NCBI RefSeq assembly: GCF_009914755.1
Contig: NC_060938.1
DNA: 64,000 nt
From: the human T2T-CHM13v2.0 reference genome, Homo sapiens
Direction: 5' to 3' (one strand)
Of the stretch, positions 28,211 to 39,926 are shown piece after piece (positions within the stretch are counted from its first letter, which is position 1; the number at the start of each line of letters is the position of its first letter). Under the pieces are notes generated by a model that had not been told where the DNA came from, did no database searches, and saw only the letters and a list, made by a program, of their open reading frames with translations. The translations under genes and the position numbers were made by a program.

Positions 28211-30059
28211 GTTAAGAGAAGATTACATTTCCAAAAAGACACCGCAGTCCTGGAAGAGTCACAGGGAGGCAGCCCAACAGAACGAGATGTGTCTAGAGCA
28301 TTAATGTGTAATACAGGTAAGATAGACAAAGAGGATGCAGACCGAGAAAGAGATTGTTTTATTGGACTTGAATTCAGTTTTTCTTTCTGTTTATATGGAA
28401 GTCAGATAAACTATGATAATTCCATCTTTCAGAGACATTAAAATGACTCCCAGACAAGCAAGTATATTGGTTATATAGCTGTATCATAATGACTCATATC
28501 CCAGGAAGGGATAAATGAACTATAAGCTGAATGAGAAAGAAACACTTAGCTAAGATAATTAAGTTGGCTAGGCTTAATTGAGGGTTCAGAAGCTCCTAGA
28601 TTTGGAATGAAAATGGTAGAGGAAAAGCTTATTTCAAATATGGAAGGACAATTTCGGGTTAAAAACTGAGTAGGCCTCAGGATTTAGAGTCTGAGCTGTC
28701 CCATTTCAACTTCTTATTCTGCATGAAGAAAATTTCATCATAAAAATAGAAATAGCTAGATGTTTGGAAAGTACAGGACAACAATTCATTTTTAAACTTT
28801 CTATTTCCTATAAGAACCATTTAACCAATACAGAAAAACATTTATAATAGGATGTTAAAATTGTTCTTTCCTTTCTCTGTTTCAGCTGAAACCCCCCAAA
28901 GGCTGAGAACAAAATGATTGGTGCCAAATAACCTCCACAATCTAAAATAAGAAGCCAGGCCATATATGCAGGACTTGCAAAAGAAGTATTCTGGAAATTT
29001 CCTTTGGCAACCCCTAGCATAAGAACTGTCTCAAGGATATTTAAAAGGTTGGAGAGCCAAAAAAGAGGACTACTATTTTTTGAGACTTCCAATTTCTTTG
29101 GAGAGAGCTATTAGAATGGTATGGCAATCACCACCAATTCTGACTTAACACACACACCTCACTGCCCTGACAGAGGAGAGCAAAGTGTACTTATCCCTGA
29201 CCTCAAGCCAAGTAAGTGGAGATGAAGAAAACTACTCAAAGAAATTGGCAATCTATGAAATACATAGACTGATGCCATCTTTATTTCAAGAAAAGTTCAA
29301 ATGTAGGACATTGTGGTGGCTTCATTGGTCAGCAGCTGCACTCATCCCATGTTTCCCAGGAATTAATTGTAGGGCTCAAACTGGGATTCAGCTTGGATCC
29401 CACACAAAAAGAGCTGTCTAGAGGGAAGACAAGACCCCAACAGAGTCGACAGACCACTGGGTGCCCATGGTCTGGGAGGAATTATAAGCAGACACCTAGC
29501 AGAGAACCTCAGGAAATGTGGCTGGAGGTTGCCAGTGGGAAAATCTTTTAGAAATCCATAAAAGCTCCTCATGAGATAATGAGTCAGCTTTGGACAACCA
29601 CCAGGCCCTGAAATCAACAAAGTGAGATCATGATGGTATGACAGTACTAGCATGTTAAATCTTTACTGCCCCGAACGTCTCTTCCTCCTTTCACTCCCAC
29701 CCCCACCCAAGCCACTCCCAAACTGAAGGAGTCAAAGGCATCTTATTATTGTATGGTGACATAGGAGCTTTAGCCTCAAATGAAGCTTGGAGTCCTGATT
29801 ACCATCATGGACTGGCAATTTTAATTCTGAAGTAAGATGGTTATTGCATCTAGAAGTATGAGGGAATTTTTATTAGCTAAAAATAATATAGCCACTGGAG
29901 AAGCTATGAAACCTGCTCAAGATTTTATTCAATGCCCAGGGAAGAAATTGTCTACACAGCTGTTTTAAAGGAGCAGTGTATTTTGTTTTCTTCTCACATT
30001 CTGAATCTCACATATTTGTTATAATCTTTACACTTAGATTGTGTTATCTTTTTAGTCCA

Positions 30060-30300
30060 GTATAACATAATGATTAAAGGTGCTACTTGTGAAGAAAGAG
30101 TTCCTAGATCCACCACCCACAGCTTGTGTCAACTTGGGCAAATGACCTGGTCATTCCAAGCTTTCTGCTCTGGAAAGTGGAAATAGTAATTGTACTTACA
30201 TCATAGTGTTGATGTGAGGGCTAAAATCAAATTATGTAGGCAAATCCCTTAGTATTGCAGCTACCATAGTGAGTGCTTGATAAGTTTTAGCTACCTAGTT
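30060..30300 (+). mobile_element. MIR SINE
   Basis: gtcaacttgggcaaatgacc...aaatagtaattgtacttacatcatagtgttgatgtgagg. Confidence 0.75.
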
Positions 30301-31189
30301 ATTAACTAGTTATCAAATGGTCACAATTAGTCTCTTTTTTCTCATCCCAAAGAGCTTACTGGTTGCTATTTGTCTGTACCAAATACTACTACTAATTTCA
30401 TTGCTACTCATTAAACTCACCATGTGGATGTAGATTTGTAGCTCTTCTCTGAAGTACAGTGTCACAGCTCTGCAAAAATGTAGGGTGGGAAATGGAAGGC
30501 ACTGCATCCAATTGAAAACTGCAGGCAAACTTGAGCAAGCAGAAAGTGATTACTTTGGCATCTCCCCAGTTCCCTGCAGAGTAGAAAATTCTCTGAATCC
30601 CTGGTAGGAATGGCCTAGCATTTTGAAAGACTCCTGGACTCCTCCTAGTTATTCTCCACCGTTTTTGAGAGAATCACTTCACTGAAACTCTAGTTGTGTG
30701 GGGCACATGCCATTCTGATTTTTTCAAATATTTCAACTTATTTTATAAGAATGGTTTTCTGACTCCTTCCTTATGGTAGAAAGGGAAAGCGTCAACATAA
30801 TTTAAGCTGAATGTTCTAGAACATTGAAAGCCACCCATCTTAAAGAGCATGAGATGGTCAGTTTCAGGTGTTTTCTCTTTCTTGCTAGATCTTACGAGAA
30901 AAGAGCCCATGAAAACTAAAATGCAAACGATAAGGTTACTCAAAAAAAAAAGATTGGCACTCAGAAGGTAGTATGCATATTAAGCAGCTGTTGTTTCTGT
31001 CTAGCCATATAGAGGCGTCCATCATTGTGCTACAGGAGCTTATAAACGAAAGAGACCTTAGGGGTCATCTACATCAGCCCTAGTCCCTTGCTATCCTGGC
31101 ATTCATCTGTAACTCTCGCAACTGATGATCTATAGTTTCTGTAATTATTTGTTTGGCTTGGATGCTGAATACTTATTTTATTTTATTCA

Positions 31190-32460
31190 ATGGTTTCCTT
31201 TGGAAATATAATACATTAAATGGTTCAAAATTTAAAAGGCACAAAAGAGTATACAGTAAAATGTTTCTATCTTCCCCTTAGTCACAGCCAACCAGCAGCT
31301 CTTTTCAAAGGGAATTAATGTTATCAGTTTAATATGAATCCATTCAAAGAACAGAATTGGAACAATGAATGTACGTGCGTAGAAATTTCCCCTTTTCTAT
31401 TACACTTGTTGCAGTATATTACTCATATGTTTTGTACCTTAATTTTTAACCTAAAAATGTATTTCAGAAATTATTCCATATCTGTACATACACACTTCCT
31501 AATTTTTTAGAGCTGCATAGTTTTCTGTTGTATGCGTGCACCATAATTTAACTACTTTGCTATTTGTAGATATTTAAACTGTTTCCAATAATTTGCTACC
31601 TCAAATAATGCTGTGATGAATGATTTTGCAGAAAAGTGTTTCCCTTAGATATGTGATGTAATTGTAGACCAAATCCCAGAAGTAAAATTGAGTAAAAGGA
31701 TACGTGCATTTGTCATTTGGTACCATGTGCCCCTCCTCAGGATATTAACAAAACTGTGGACACTTGCACACTGTTAGTCCTACTGCCTATGAGTTTTCTG
31801 AATAAGCCTAATTTTCTCTCACCCCACGTGACATGAGTGTGAATGTGTGTCAGTTACCTTTGCATAGATGGTACCAAATGACAAATGCATGAATTATCAA
31901 AGATTAAAAAATACAATAATGTCTTTGTGGCAGGGTTATGGAGAAATAGGCACTATCACTCATTGGTGGTGTGAGAGTAAATTATTTTTGTGTCTGTGGA
32001 AGTCGGTTAGACTATGTCTAGCTGAGGAGAGAGGATTCTTCTGACTCCTGGGTATCCCTCACAGCTCTGTCTCACCTGGCTTTTTATCTTCCCCCCTAAT
32101 AGTTCCAAAGATCAGGTTCACCAGGCTGGAGTTAGATCGTTGGGTTAACACAAGACCTCTTGTTAATATCAGGAGCATTAGTCTGCAAAGGCTGCAACTG
32201 AGCTCTGGTCCCACAAGAACATTTCCCACTCCAGGAATCATTGCTTGTTACAGAACTAAGGAAGTATTTTCTGTCTAGTCATTCTGTAAATGAAAACAAT
32301 AATAAAAAAAGAATGAAAACTATTGTATTTAGTTTAAATTTCGTCATTATCTGATCTAAGCATCTTTTCATATGTTTTTAAATAACTTATTTTCCTCTTT
32401 TTACCTGTTCATATCATTCTGTTTTTATATTGGATTATGTGTCCTTTTTTATTGATTTCT
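31190..32460 (-). mobile_element. Old L1M (MC/ME-like) 3' end with an internally inverted segment (31891-32021)
   Basis: Antisense L1 motifs at 31500-31720 and 32281-32460. Sense-orientation L1 (gttatggagaaataggcactatcactcattggtggtg) at 31891-32021. Confidence 0.7.
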
Positions 32461-32461
32461 G

Positions 32462-32635
32462 TAGGAAATTTTTATCTTCTTATAAAGACACCAGCCATTG
32501 AATTTGTGGCCCACCCTAAGCCAGTACGCCCTCATTTTAACTAATTACATGTTCATGGCTCCATTTCCAAATATGGTTGCATCAGAGGATCTTCGCAGAC
32601 ATGAATTTTGAGGGCTAGAATTTGACCCACTACAC
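32462..32635 (-). mobile_element. MLT1 (A-C-like) LTR fragment
   Basis: cttcttataaagacaccagccattgaattt...gcccacccta...tttccaaatatggt...acccactaca. Confidence 0.75.
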
Positions 32636-32669
32636 TACATATATTTTATTATTACTCTTTACTGTCTAC

Positions 32670-33117
32670 TGTTAAAGCAAACGAAATATGGCCTGAGAAA
32701 GACTCCATACTTCTATATTTGAGCCCTTGTGGATGAACTGCAACCTAACTTAATAGGTAGACAAGTTCAAAAACCTAACTTAGGAGTATGCACCTGTAAC
32801 AATCACGAGTTCTGGCCAATCCCACCAGCCATACTTCAACCAGTCATACACTGCTGAGTGTTCAAACTGTGTTTAAATAAAGCAAACACTGAGCTGTAAC
32901 CAATCCAGCTGTTTCTGTACCTCACTTCCAATTTCTGTACCTCACTTCCCTTGTTTTTGGTCTATAAATGTTCTTCTACCACATGGCTGTTCTGGAGTTT
33001 CTCTGAATCTGCTGTGATTCTGGGGGCTGCCTGATTCACAAACCATTCATTACTCAGTTTAAATAACTGAGCAATAACTCCTTTGAATTTAATTCAGCTT
33101 AAGTTTTCCTTTTAACA
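32670..33117 (+). mobile_element. Solo ERV1 LTR, MER57 family
   Basis: TGTTAAAGCAAAcgaaatatggcctgag start and ...tttTAACA end. 4-bp TSD ctac at 32666-32669 and 33118-33121. CCAAT boxes and TATAAA are present. Confidence 0.85.
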
Positions 33118-33452
33118 CTACTCATACTTACCTTTACAAAAGAGTACCTTAGGAATCTCTGTGACATATCATCAGGGACCATCTTGAGCTTCATGTGTGA
33201 ATAACACTCTTGGACACAAAGAAACACAAATATATTACAACAAATTCTTCCATTATTGACTCGGTTCATTCCGGTTTGCTGAAGCAAGCAGAACATATTT
33301 ATTCTGAAGACATGCCATCTTCCCCTTTCCTTCCTCCTTTGACTTATTAGATGTGAATATGAATAATTTTAATTGGATGAATTTAAATGATTTTAAATAA
33401 ATGATTTCATCATGCATTCTCTAGTTTGCCACTAATTTGTATAGGGTAGTAT

Positions 33453-34095
33453 AATGGTTTTCAAAGTATGGTCCCAGTGATACAGGAAAAATGAGCCCCA
33501 AAATTGAGGCATAGTCTGTGAGAGTTCTTGGCTTTGCCCAGGAAAAAATTCAAGGGTGAGCCAGTAGTGGTGTTAGACAGCAAATTTATTGCAGCAGCAG
33601 GGTACAGCAGTAGTAGAGGTACTGCTCTTTGCAGAGCAGGGCTAAGCCATAGGCAGTGTGCTCAGAGTGGGAGCTCGGGGGCAGCGCTCCAGTCATATTA
33701 ATACCCACTTTTAATTATATGCAAATTATGGGACAGGTTATTCAGAAATTTCTAGAAAAAGGGTGGTAACTTCTGGGCCATTGCCATGGAAAGCAAGAGT
33801 AACTATTGGGTGTTGCCATGGCAATGGTAAACTGGCATGGCACTGGTGGGCTTGTCTTATGAAGAAGTGTTTTTGCCTCTTCCCTATTTCAGCTAGTCTT
33901 CAATCTGGTCCAGAGCTCAAGCCCTGCCTCTGGAGTTGAGTCCCACCTTCTGCCTCACCAAGGCCACATTATCAGCATCATCTGAGAACTTGTTATAAAT
34001 GCAAACTGAATCAAAATCCTGGTAGTGGAGATCACGCTCTATTTTAACAAGCCATCTAGGTGATTATGATGCATGTTCAGTTTGACAAGCACCTG
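33453..34095. mobile_element. MER5A DNA transposon split by an LTR insertion
   Basis: ggttttcaaagtatggtccc upstream of the LTR; cagcatcatctgagaacttgttataaatgcaaa...ttttaacaagccatctaggtgattatgatgc...gtttgacaagcac downstream. Confidence 0.8.
33478..33957 (-). mobile_element. Solo ERV1 MER4-group LTR (MER66/MER41-related)
   Basis: The reverse strand starts TGAGGCAGAAGGTGGGACTCAACTCC; TG...CA termini; TSD ccag/ccaa. Confidence 0.75.
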
Positions 34096-34340
34096 AATAA
34101 TACGTAAGAGCACCTACTCTAAATTCAGAATGTCTGGGTTTCAAGCCTAAAGAGCTTGTCTCATTTTACCTGAGTAACCCTGGACAAATTACTCAACTTT
34201 TCTGTTTCATCTTCTATAAAAGGACATATTGGTGGTAACAGCATATTTCTAAAAGAGTTCCTACGAGGATTCAATGAGTTAATCCACATAGAATGCTTAG
34301 AACAGAGCTTGGCACTAAGCAAGTACCAGATAAATGTCAC
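34095..34340 (+). mobile_element. MIR SINE
   Basis: accctggacaaattactcaacttttctgtttcatcttctataaaagg...gaggattcaatgagttaat...gcttagaacagagcttggcac. Confidence 0.8.
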
Positions 34341-35806
34341 CTGAATCTTTGCTGCTGTTACAACAAAAACCTGCCTGCTTCACTCATTTGCATCACATTC
34401 CCTTGCTGCTGAAGACAATCAAATTTGCAGTGCTGGCCTAAAATGTCTTAAAATATACTTTGCCTCGTTTGGGAAATTAAAATATCTATTATTTTCTAAG
34501 CCTCTTACCTGCCATTTTCATCATCTCTCCAAATAAAGGGAAGCTAGTGGTACTATAATCACATCTGCAAGTCATTTTTGTATTCTGAAACGTAAACCAA
34601 TTGAATAAAGGGTACTTCTCATGGGCACGGAAATTAGACTTAATTTAAACCATGAGGAATTCTCTTACCAAGTTCTCACCCATTCCAGATTTCACTTTTT
34701 TGCTAATGATATTTTTCTGTATTTCCCCAGATTAAATGTCTTTCTCATTAATAGCTAGTATGAGAGAAAAAAGTTCTTCCTTTATTATAATTAGAGCATT
34801 TGCATTTTTTCCTGATGATGGGTCTATTATTTCATTGGGTCTATACGCTTCTTTGAAATGGTACATGGTGAAACTGCCTTTAGTCATTTATTCAGTAAGT
34901 ATTTATTGTGTGCCTACTATATGCCAAGTAGTGATCTGTGTGTTAGGGATACAGCAATGAACAGAACAGACAAAACTTCCTACCGTCATGAACTTTACCC
35001 TTTAGCTGTAGTAATAGACAATATACAATAAACACATAAATAAATAAAATTACTTTGTAGTTCAAGAAATCAATGCTATAGGAAAATACATGATGAGGTA
35101 AGGAGGATTGACAGTATTAGTGAGTGCAATTTTAAACAGTGTTTAAGATGATTGATTTACTATTTGTTTCATTATGTTTTCCCCCTTTAGAAAAATGAAA
35201 GTTTAGGGTGAGACCTGCACCCTTTGTGTTAAACTTCCTGGGGTATCAGTTCTATCTAGGTCTCAGTGAAAGTAGTTTCCAGGACCTGATCCAGATTGAC
35301 CAATTCTTTTCATAGAACAGTCTATTCATTCCCTAGAGCTGCAGTCACAGATAACCATGAACTTTTACTACTATTCCAGCCTAAAGCAATAGAAATGTAC
35401 TCTCTCATAGTTCTGGAGGCAAGAGTTCAAAATTAAGGAGTCTGAAGGATGGATTCCCTCTGCAGGTTCTGAGGAAGAACCCACTTCATGCCCCTTTCTA
35501 GCTTCCAGCGGCTTCCAGCAATCCTCAGTGTTCTTTGACTTGTAGACTCGCCACATCAATCTCTGCCTCCATTTTCACATCACTTTCTTCCTTGTGTCTT
35601 TGTGTGTCTTCTCCTCTTTTTAAAGATGTTTTATTGAATTTTGGGCCCACCTGGATAATCCAGGATAATCTAATTTAGAGATGATTAACTAAACACTATC
35701 TGCAAAGACCCTTTTTCCAAATAAATCATATACACAAGTTCCAAGTAAAATTTCTCTATATCTATCTATCCAGCTAGCAAGCTATATTGCTATCTAGCTA
35801 TCTATC

Positions 35807-38017
35807 TGATATGGTATGGCTCTGTGGCCCCACCCAAATCTCATCTCAAATTGTAATCCCCATGTTTTGAAGGAGGGAGCTGGTGGGAAATGACTGGATC
35901 ATGGGGGCCTTTCCTCCCATGCTGTACTCATGATAGTGAGTGAGTTCTCATGAGATCTGATTGTTTTACAAGGCAGTTTTCCCTGCTCTTGCACACTTTC
36001 TCTTGCCTGTTCTCCTTCTGCCATGATTGTAAGTTTTCTAAGGCCTCCCCAACCATGTGGAATTGGGAGTCATTTAAGCCTCTTTCCTTTATAAATTACC
36101 CAGTCTTTGGCAGTTCTTGATAGCAGGTGAGAACAAACTTATACAGTAAATTGGTACCATGGACAGTGGGGTGCTACTGTAAGGATAACTGAAAATTTGG
36201 AAGTGACTTTGGAACTGGGTACCAGGAAGACGTTGAAATAGTTTGGAGGGCTCAGAAGAAGACATGAAATGTGGGAAAGTTTGGAACTTCCTAGAGACTT
36301 GTTGAATGGTTTTGACCAAAATGCTGATAGTGATATGGACAATGAAGTCCAGGCTGAGATGGTCTCAGATAGAGATGAGGAACTCATTGGGAACTGGAGC
36401 AAAGGTCACTCTTTCTATGCTTTAGCAAAGAGACTGGCAGCATTGTGCCCCTACCCTAGAGAATTGTGGAATTTTGAACTTGAGAGAGCTGATCTGAAAT
36501 TAGAACTTATGTTTAAAAGGGAAGCAGAGCATAAAAGTTTGGCAAATTTGCAGCCTGAAGAAAAACCCATTTTCTGGGGAGAAATTCAATCCTGCTGCAG
36601 ATATTTGAATAAGTAACAAGGAGCCAAATGTTAATCACCAAGACAATGAAAAAATGTCTCCAGGGCATGTCAGAGGTCTTCACAGCAGCCCCTCCAAATC
36701 ACAAGCCTGGTGGCCCAGGAGGAAACAATGGTTCCCTGGGCTGGGCCCAAGGCTTTGCTGCTTTATGCAGTCTCAGGACTTGGTGCTCTACATCCCAGCC
36801 ATGGCTAAAAGGGGCCAATGTACAGCTCAGGCTGTTGCTTCAGAGGGTGCAAGCCCCAACCCTGGGAGGCTTCCATGTGGCGTTGGGCCTGCAGGTGCAC
36901 AGAAATCAAGAATCGAGGTTTGGGAACCTTTACCTAGATTTCAGAGAATGTATGGAAACACTTGGATGTTCAGGCAGAAGTTTGCTGCAGGTGCAGAGCC
37001 CTCATGGAGAACCTCTATTATGGCAGTGCAGAAGGGAAACGTGGGGTTGCAGCCCCCACACAGAGTCCCTACTGGGGCACTGCCTAGTGGAACTGTGAGA
37101 AGAGGGCCACCATCCTCCAGACCTCAGAATATTAGATCCGCCAACAGCTTGCACCATTGCACCTGGAAAAGCTGCAGACACTCAATGCCAGCCTGTGAAA
37201 GCAGCAGGGGGCTGCATCCTGCAAAATCACAGGAGTGGAGCTGCCCAAGACCCTGGGAGCCCACCTCTTGCATCAGCAGATGCAAGAGATATGGAGTGAG
37301 ATATGGATGTGAGATATGGATTCAAAGGAGATTATTTTGGGGCTTTAAGATTTAATGACTCTGTCATTGGATTTTGGACTTGCATGGGATCTGTAGCCCC
37401 TTTGTTTGGTCAATTTTTCGCATTTGGAATGAGAGCATTTATCCAATGCCTGTACCCCCATTTTATGTTGGAATTAGCTAACTTGCTTTTGATTTTACAG
37501 GGAGGGGCTTGTCTCAAATGAGACTTTGCACTTGGACTTTTGAGTTAATGCTGAAATGAGTTAAGACTTTGGAGGACCGTTGGGAAGGCATGATTGGTTT
37601 TAAAATGTGACGACATGAGATTTGGGAGGGGCCAGGTTTGAATGACATGGTTAAGCTTTGTGTCCCCACTCAAATCACATTGGGAATTGTAATTTCCAGG
37701 GGTTTAGGAACAGACCTGGTGGGAAGTGATTGGATGGAGGGGGCAGTTTTCCCCATGTTGTTCTCATAGTAGTGAGTGAGTTCTCATGAGATCTGATGAT
37801 TTTTGTAAGGCAGTCTTCCCTGCTTTTGCTAACACTCTGTCTCCTGCTGGCATGTGAAAAGATCCAAGTTTGCTTCCCCTTCACCTTCCACCATGATTGT
37901 AAATTTCCTGAGGCTTCCTTAGCCATGTGGAACTGTGAGTCAATTGAACATCTTTCTTTTATAAATTATCCAGTCTCAGGTAGTATCTTAATAGCAATGT
38001 GAGAACAGATTAATACA
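35807..38017 (+). mobile_element. Complete THE1C-type MaLR provirus: 5' LTR 35807-36145, internal 36146-37642, 3' LTR 37643-38017
   Basis: Both LTRs run TGA(T/C)ATGG...ATACA. 5-bp TSD ctatc at 35802-35806 and 38018-38022. The internal ORF remnant MWESLELPRDLLNGFDQNADSDMDNEVQAE is typical of THE1-int. Confidence 0.93.
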
Positions 38018-38100
38018 CTATCTATCTATCTATCTCTAGATATATACAGATACAGATAGAGAGATAGATAGATAGATATCTCTATGTATCTAGAGATAGA
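38018..38100. repeat. (CTAT)n/(GATA)n fold-back microsatellite
   Basis: 38019-38037 is the reverse complement of 38060-38078; 38029-38042 is the reverse complement of 38087-38100. Confidence 0.9.
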
Positions 38101-39547
38101 CAGATTTTTTTTTGGTGGAGGGGTACCATTTAACCCACTGCAGTTAATGCCCTGTATCTAAAAGTTTACAGCTATTGTAGTGATAACTCCCTGCCTGCAA
38201 TAATAAATACTAGGAGGCAACAGCTGTTGCTAATTTAAGTACAAAATTAGGACACCAAGATTAGGTTTCTCCATTGCAAAATGTAGGCCAATTCAACACC
38301 AACCTGTGACTCTACCTGTACACTGGTGCTGGTCTAAAAACTTTGGCTTGTCCATGAGGTTATAACAACAGAATTTAAGAGTAAGCATTTAAAAAACTCC
38401 ATTAGCAATTTGACACGGTAAATGAAAGATAATAATAATAATGAAGCTTCTATTTTTAAAGTCTTTTTAGAATTTTATAGTTCTAGTAATTCAGTTTTAT
38501 TTTTTAAAATATTGGTCTGAGCTGAATTTAAAAAGTATATAAACCTGATCCTTCATCACAGGTTGTTTGAGAAGCACTGGTATAAACTGTCATTGGTAAA
38601 ACTAGAATATAACAATATGCCTCCACAATTACGTTCATTCAAAGGAGAGAAAACACATCAGTCTCAGGAACTGAAGGGATGTGCTTCATGGACAATGTGC
38701 TGTATATCATAGATAATAATTTCTAATTGCCCTGTTTAATGTACTTCAGCATGTAGCTTTTATCACTGCTATGGTACCTACCTATCCCACACTGATATAA
38801 TAAAACCCCAAAATACCTACAAGGTAAGGACAATTGAGTCAAGTTTTGGCTTACAAGTTAATATCTGTTTTACTATAGACAGCTCATTCTGCCTCTCTAG
38901 TCAAATTTTCTCATCTGTAAACAGATATGTATCTTTTTGGCTTTGACATTCTATTTAGCACCGCTATCACCACCACCACCACCACCAAAAATAAAGTGTA
39001 ATACAAAACAGGAACTATCTCACTTAGAGGGTAGCTAAGGAGATGAACATCCTTTTCCTAACTAACATTTTAATACACAATTTTTCAAACACTAAACGGA
39101 GTAGAACAAATTTTGCAGTAAACATACATATGACCACAACCTAGTTTACCATTAAATTTTTTCTTGTGCATGTGTACCACCCATCTCTCTAACCCTCTCT
39201 GCAATAATTATTTAATAAATTTTCATGATCTTGATCAGAGTTTTTGATGTATTTCTAAGGAAACAGTAAATAGCAGTAGACTTCTACTTAAATACTTCAA
39301 CATACTTATCACTATTAAATATTTGTATATAGTTTTATTTTGATGTAAAATTTACATACAATGAAATCTTAAAAGTATTCTGAGAACTGACAAATACATG
39401 CATTTGTGTAACCAAAACACCTATCAAGATATAAAACATCAGCATCAATTCAAAGACAACACAGTGCTGATTTTTCTACCCTAGATTAGATTTTTCTGTT
39501 CTAGAACTTCATATACATGTAATCATGTTTGTTCCCTTATATGCAAG

Positions 39548-39926
39548 TATGTTAGTCCGCTTTCACACTGCTATAACAAAAAGCCCAAGACTGAGTAATT
39601 TAAAAAGAAAAGAGATCTAATTGACTCACAGTTCTGCATGGCTAGAGAGGCCTCAGGAAACTTACAGTCATGGTGGAAGGCAAAGGTAAAGCAAGTACCT
39701 TCTTCACGTGGTGGCAGAAAAGAGAGAGCTAGCAAGAGCACAGAAAACTACCTTATAAAACCATCTGATCTCATGAGAACTCACTCAATATCATGAGAAC
39801 AGCATGAGGGAGACCGTCCCCATCATCTAATCACCTCCCATCTGGTCCTTCCCTCGTCATGCAGGGATTATGGAGATTACAATTTGAGATGAGATTTGGG
39901 TGGGGACACAAAGCCAATCCATATCA
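39548..39926 (-). mobile_element. Solo THE1 (C/D) LTR
   Basis: ttagtccgctttcacactgctataac...gactcacagttctgcatggct...gagatttgggtggggacacaaagccaatccatatca. Confidence 0.92.

Larger units (their letters stand above)
35325..38141 (-). mobile_element. MLT1A/B-like LTR split by a (CTAT)n tract and the THE1C provirus
   Basis: aaatgtactctctcatagttctggaggcaagagttcaaaattaagg...ctgcaaagacccttttccaaataa up to about 35750; terminal piece ggggtaccatttaacccactgca at about 38105-38141. Confidence 0.75.

Noticed and set aside
32912-32949. 18-bp direct repeat tttctgtacctcacttcc
   Set aside because: It lies inside the MER57 LTR and is probably intrinsic to the family.
36269-37521. Overlapping ORFs of up to 233 aa
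   Set aside because: This is standard THE1-int sequence, frameshifted, with no evidence of domestication.
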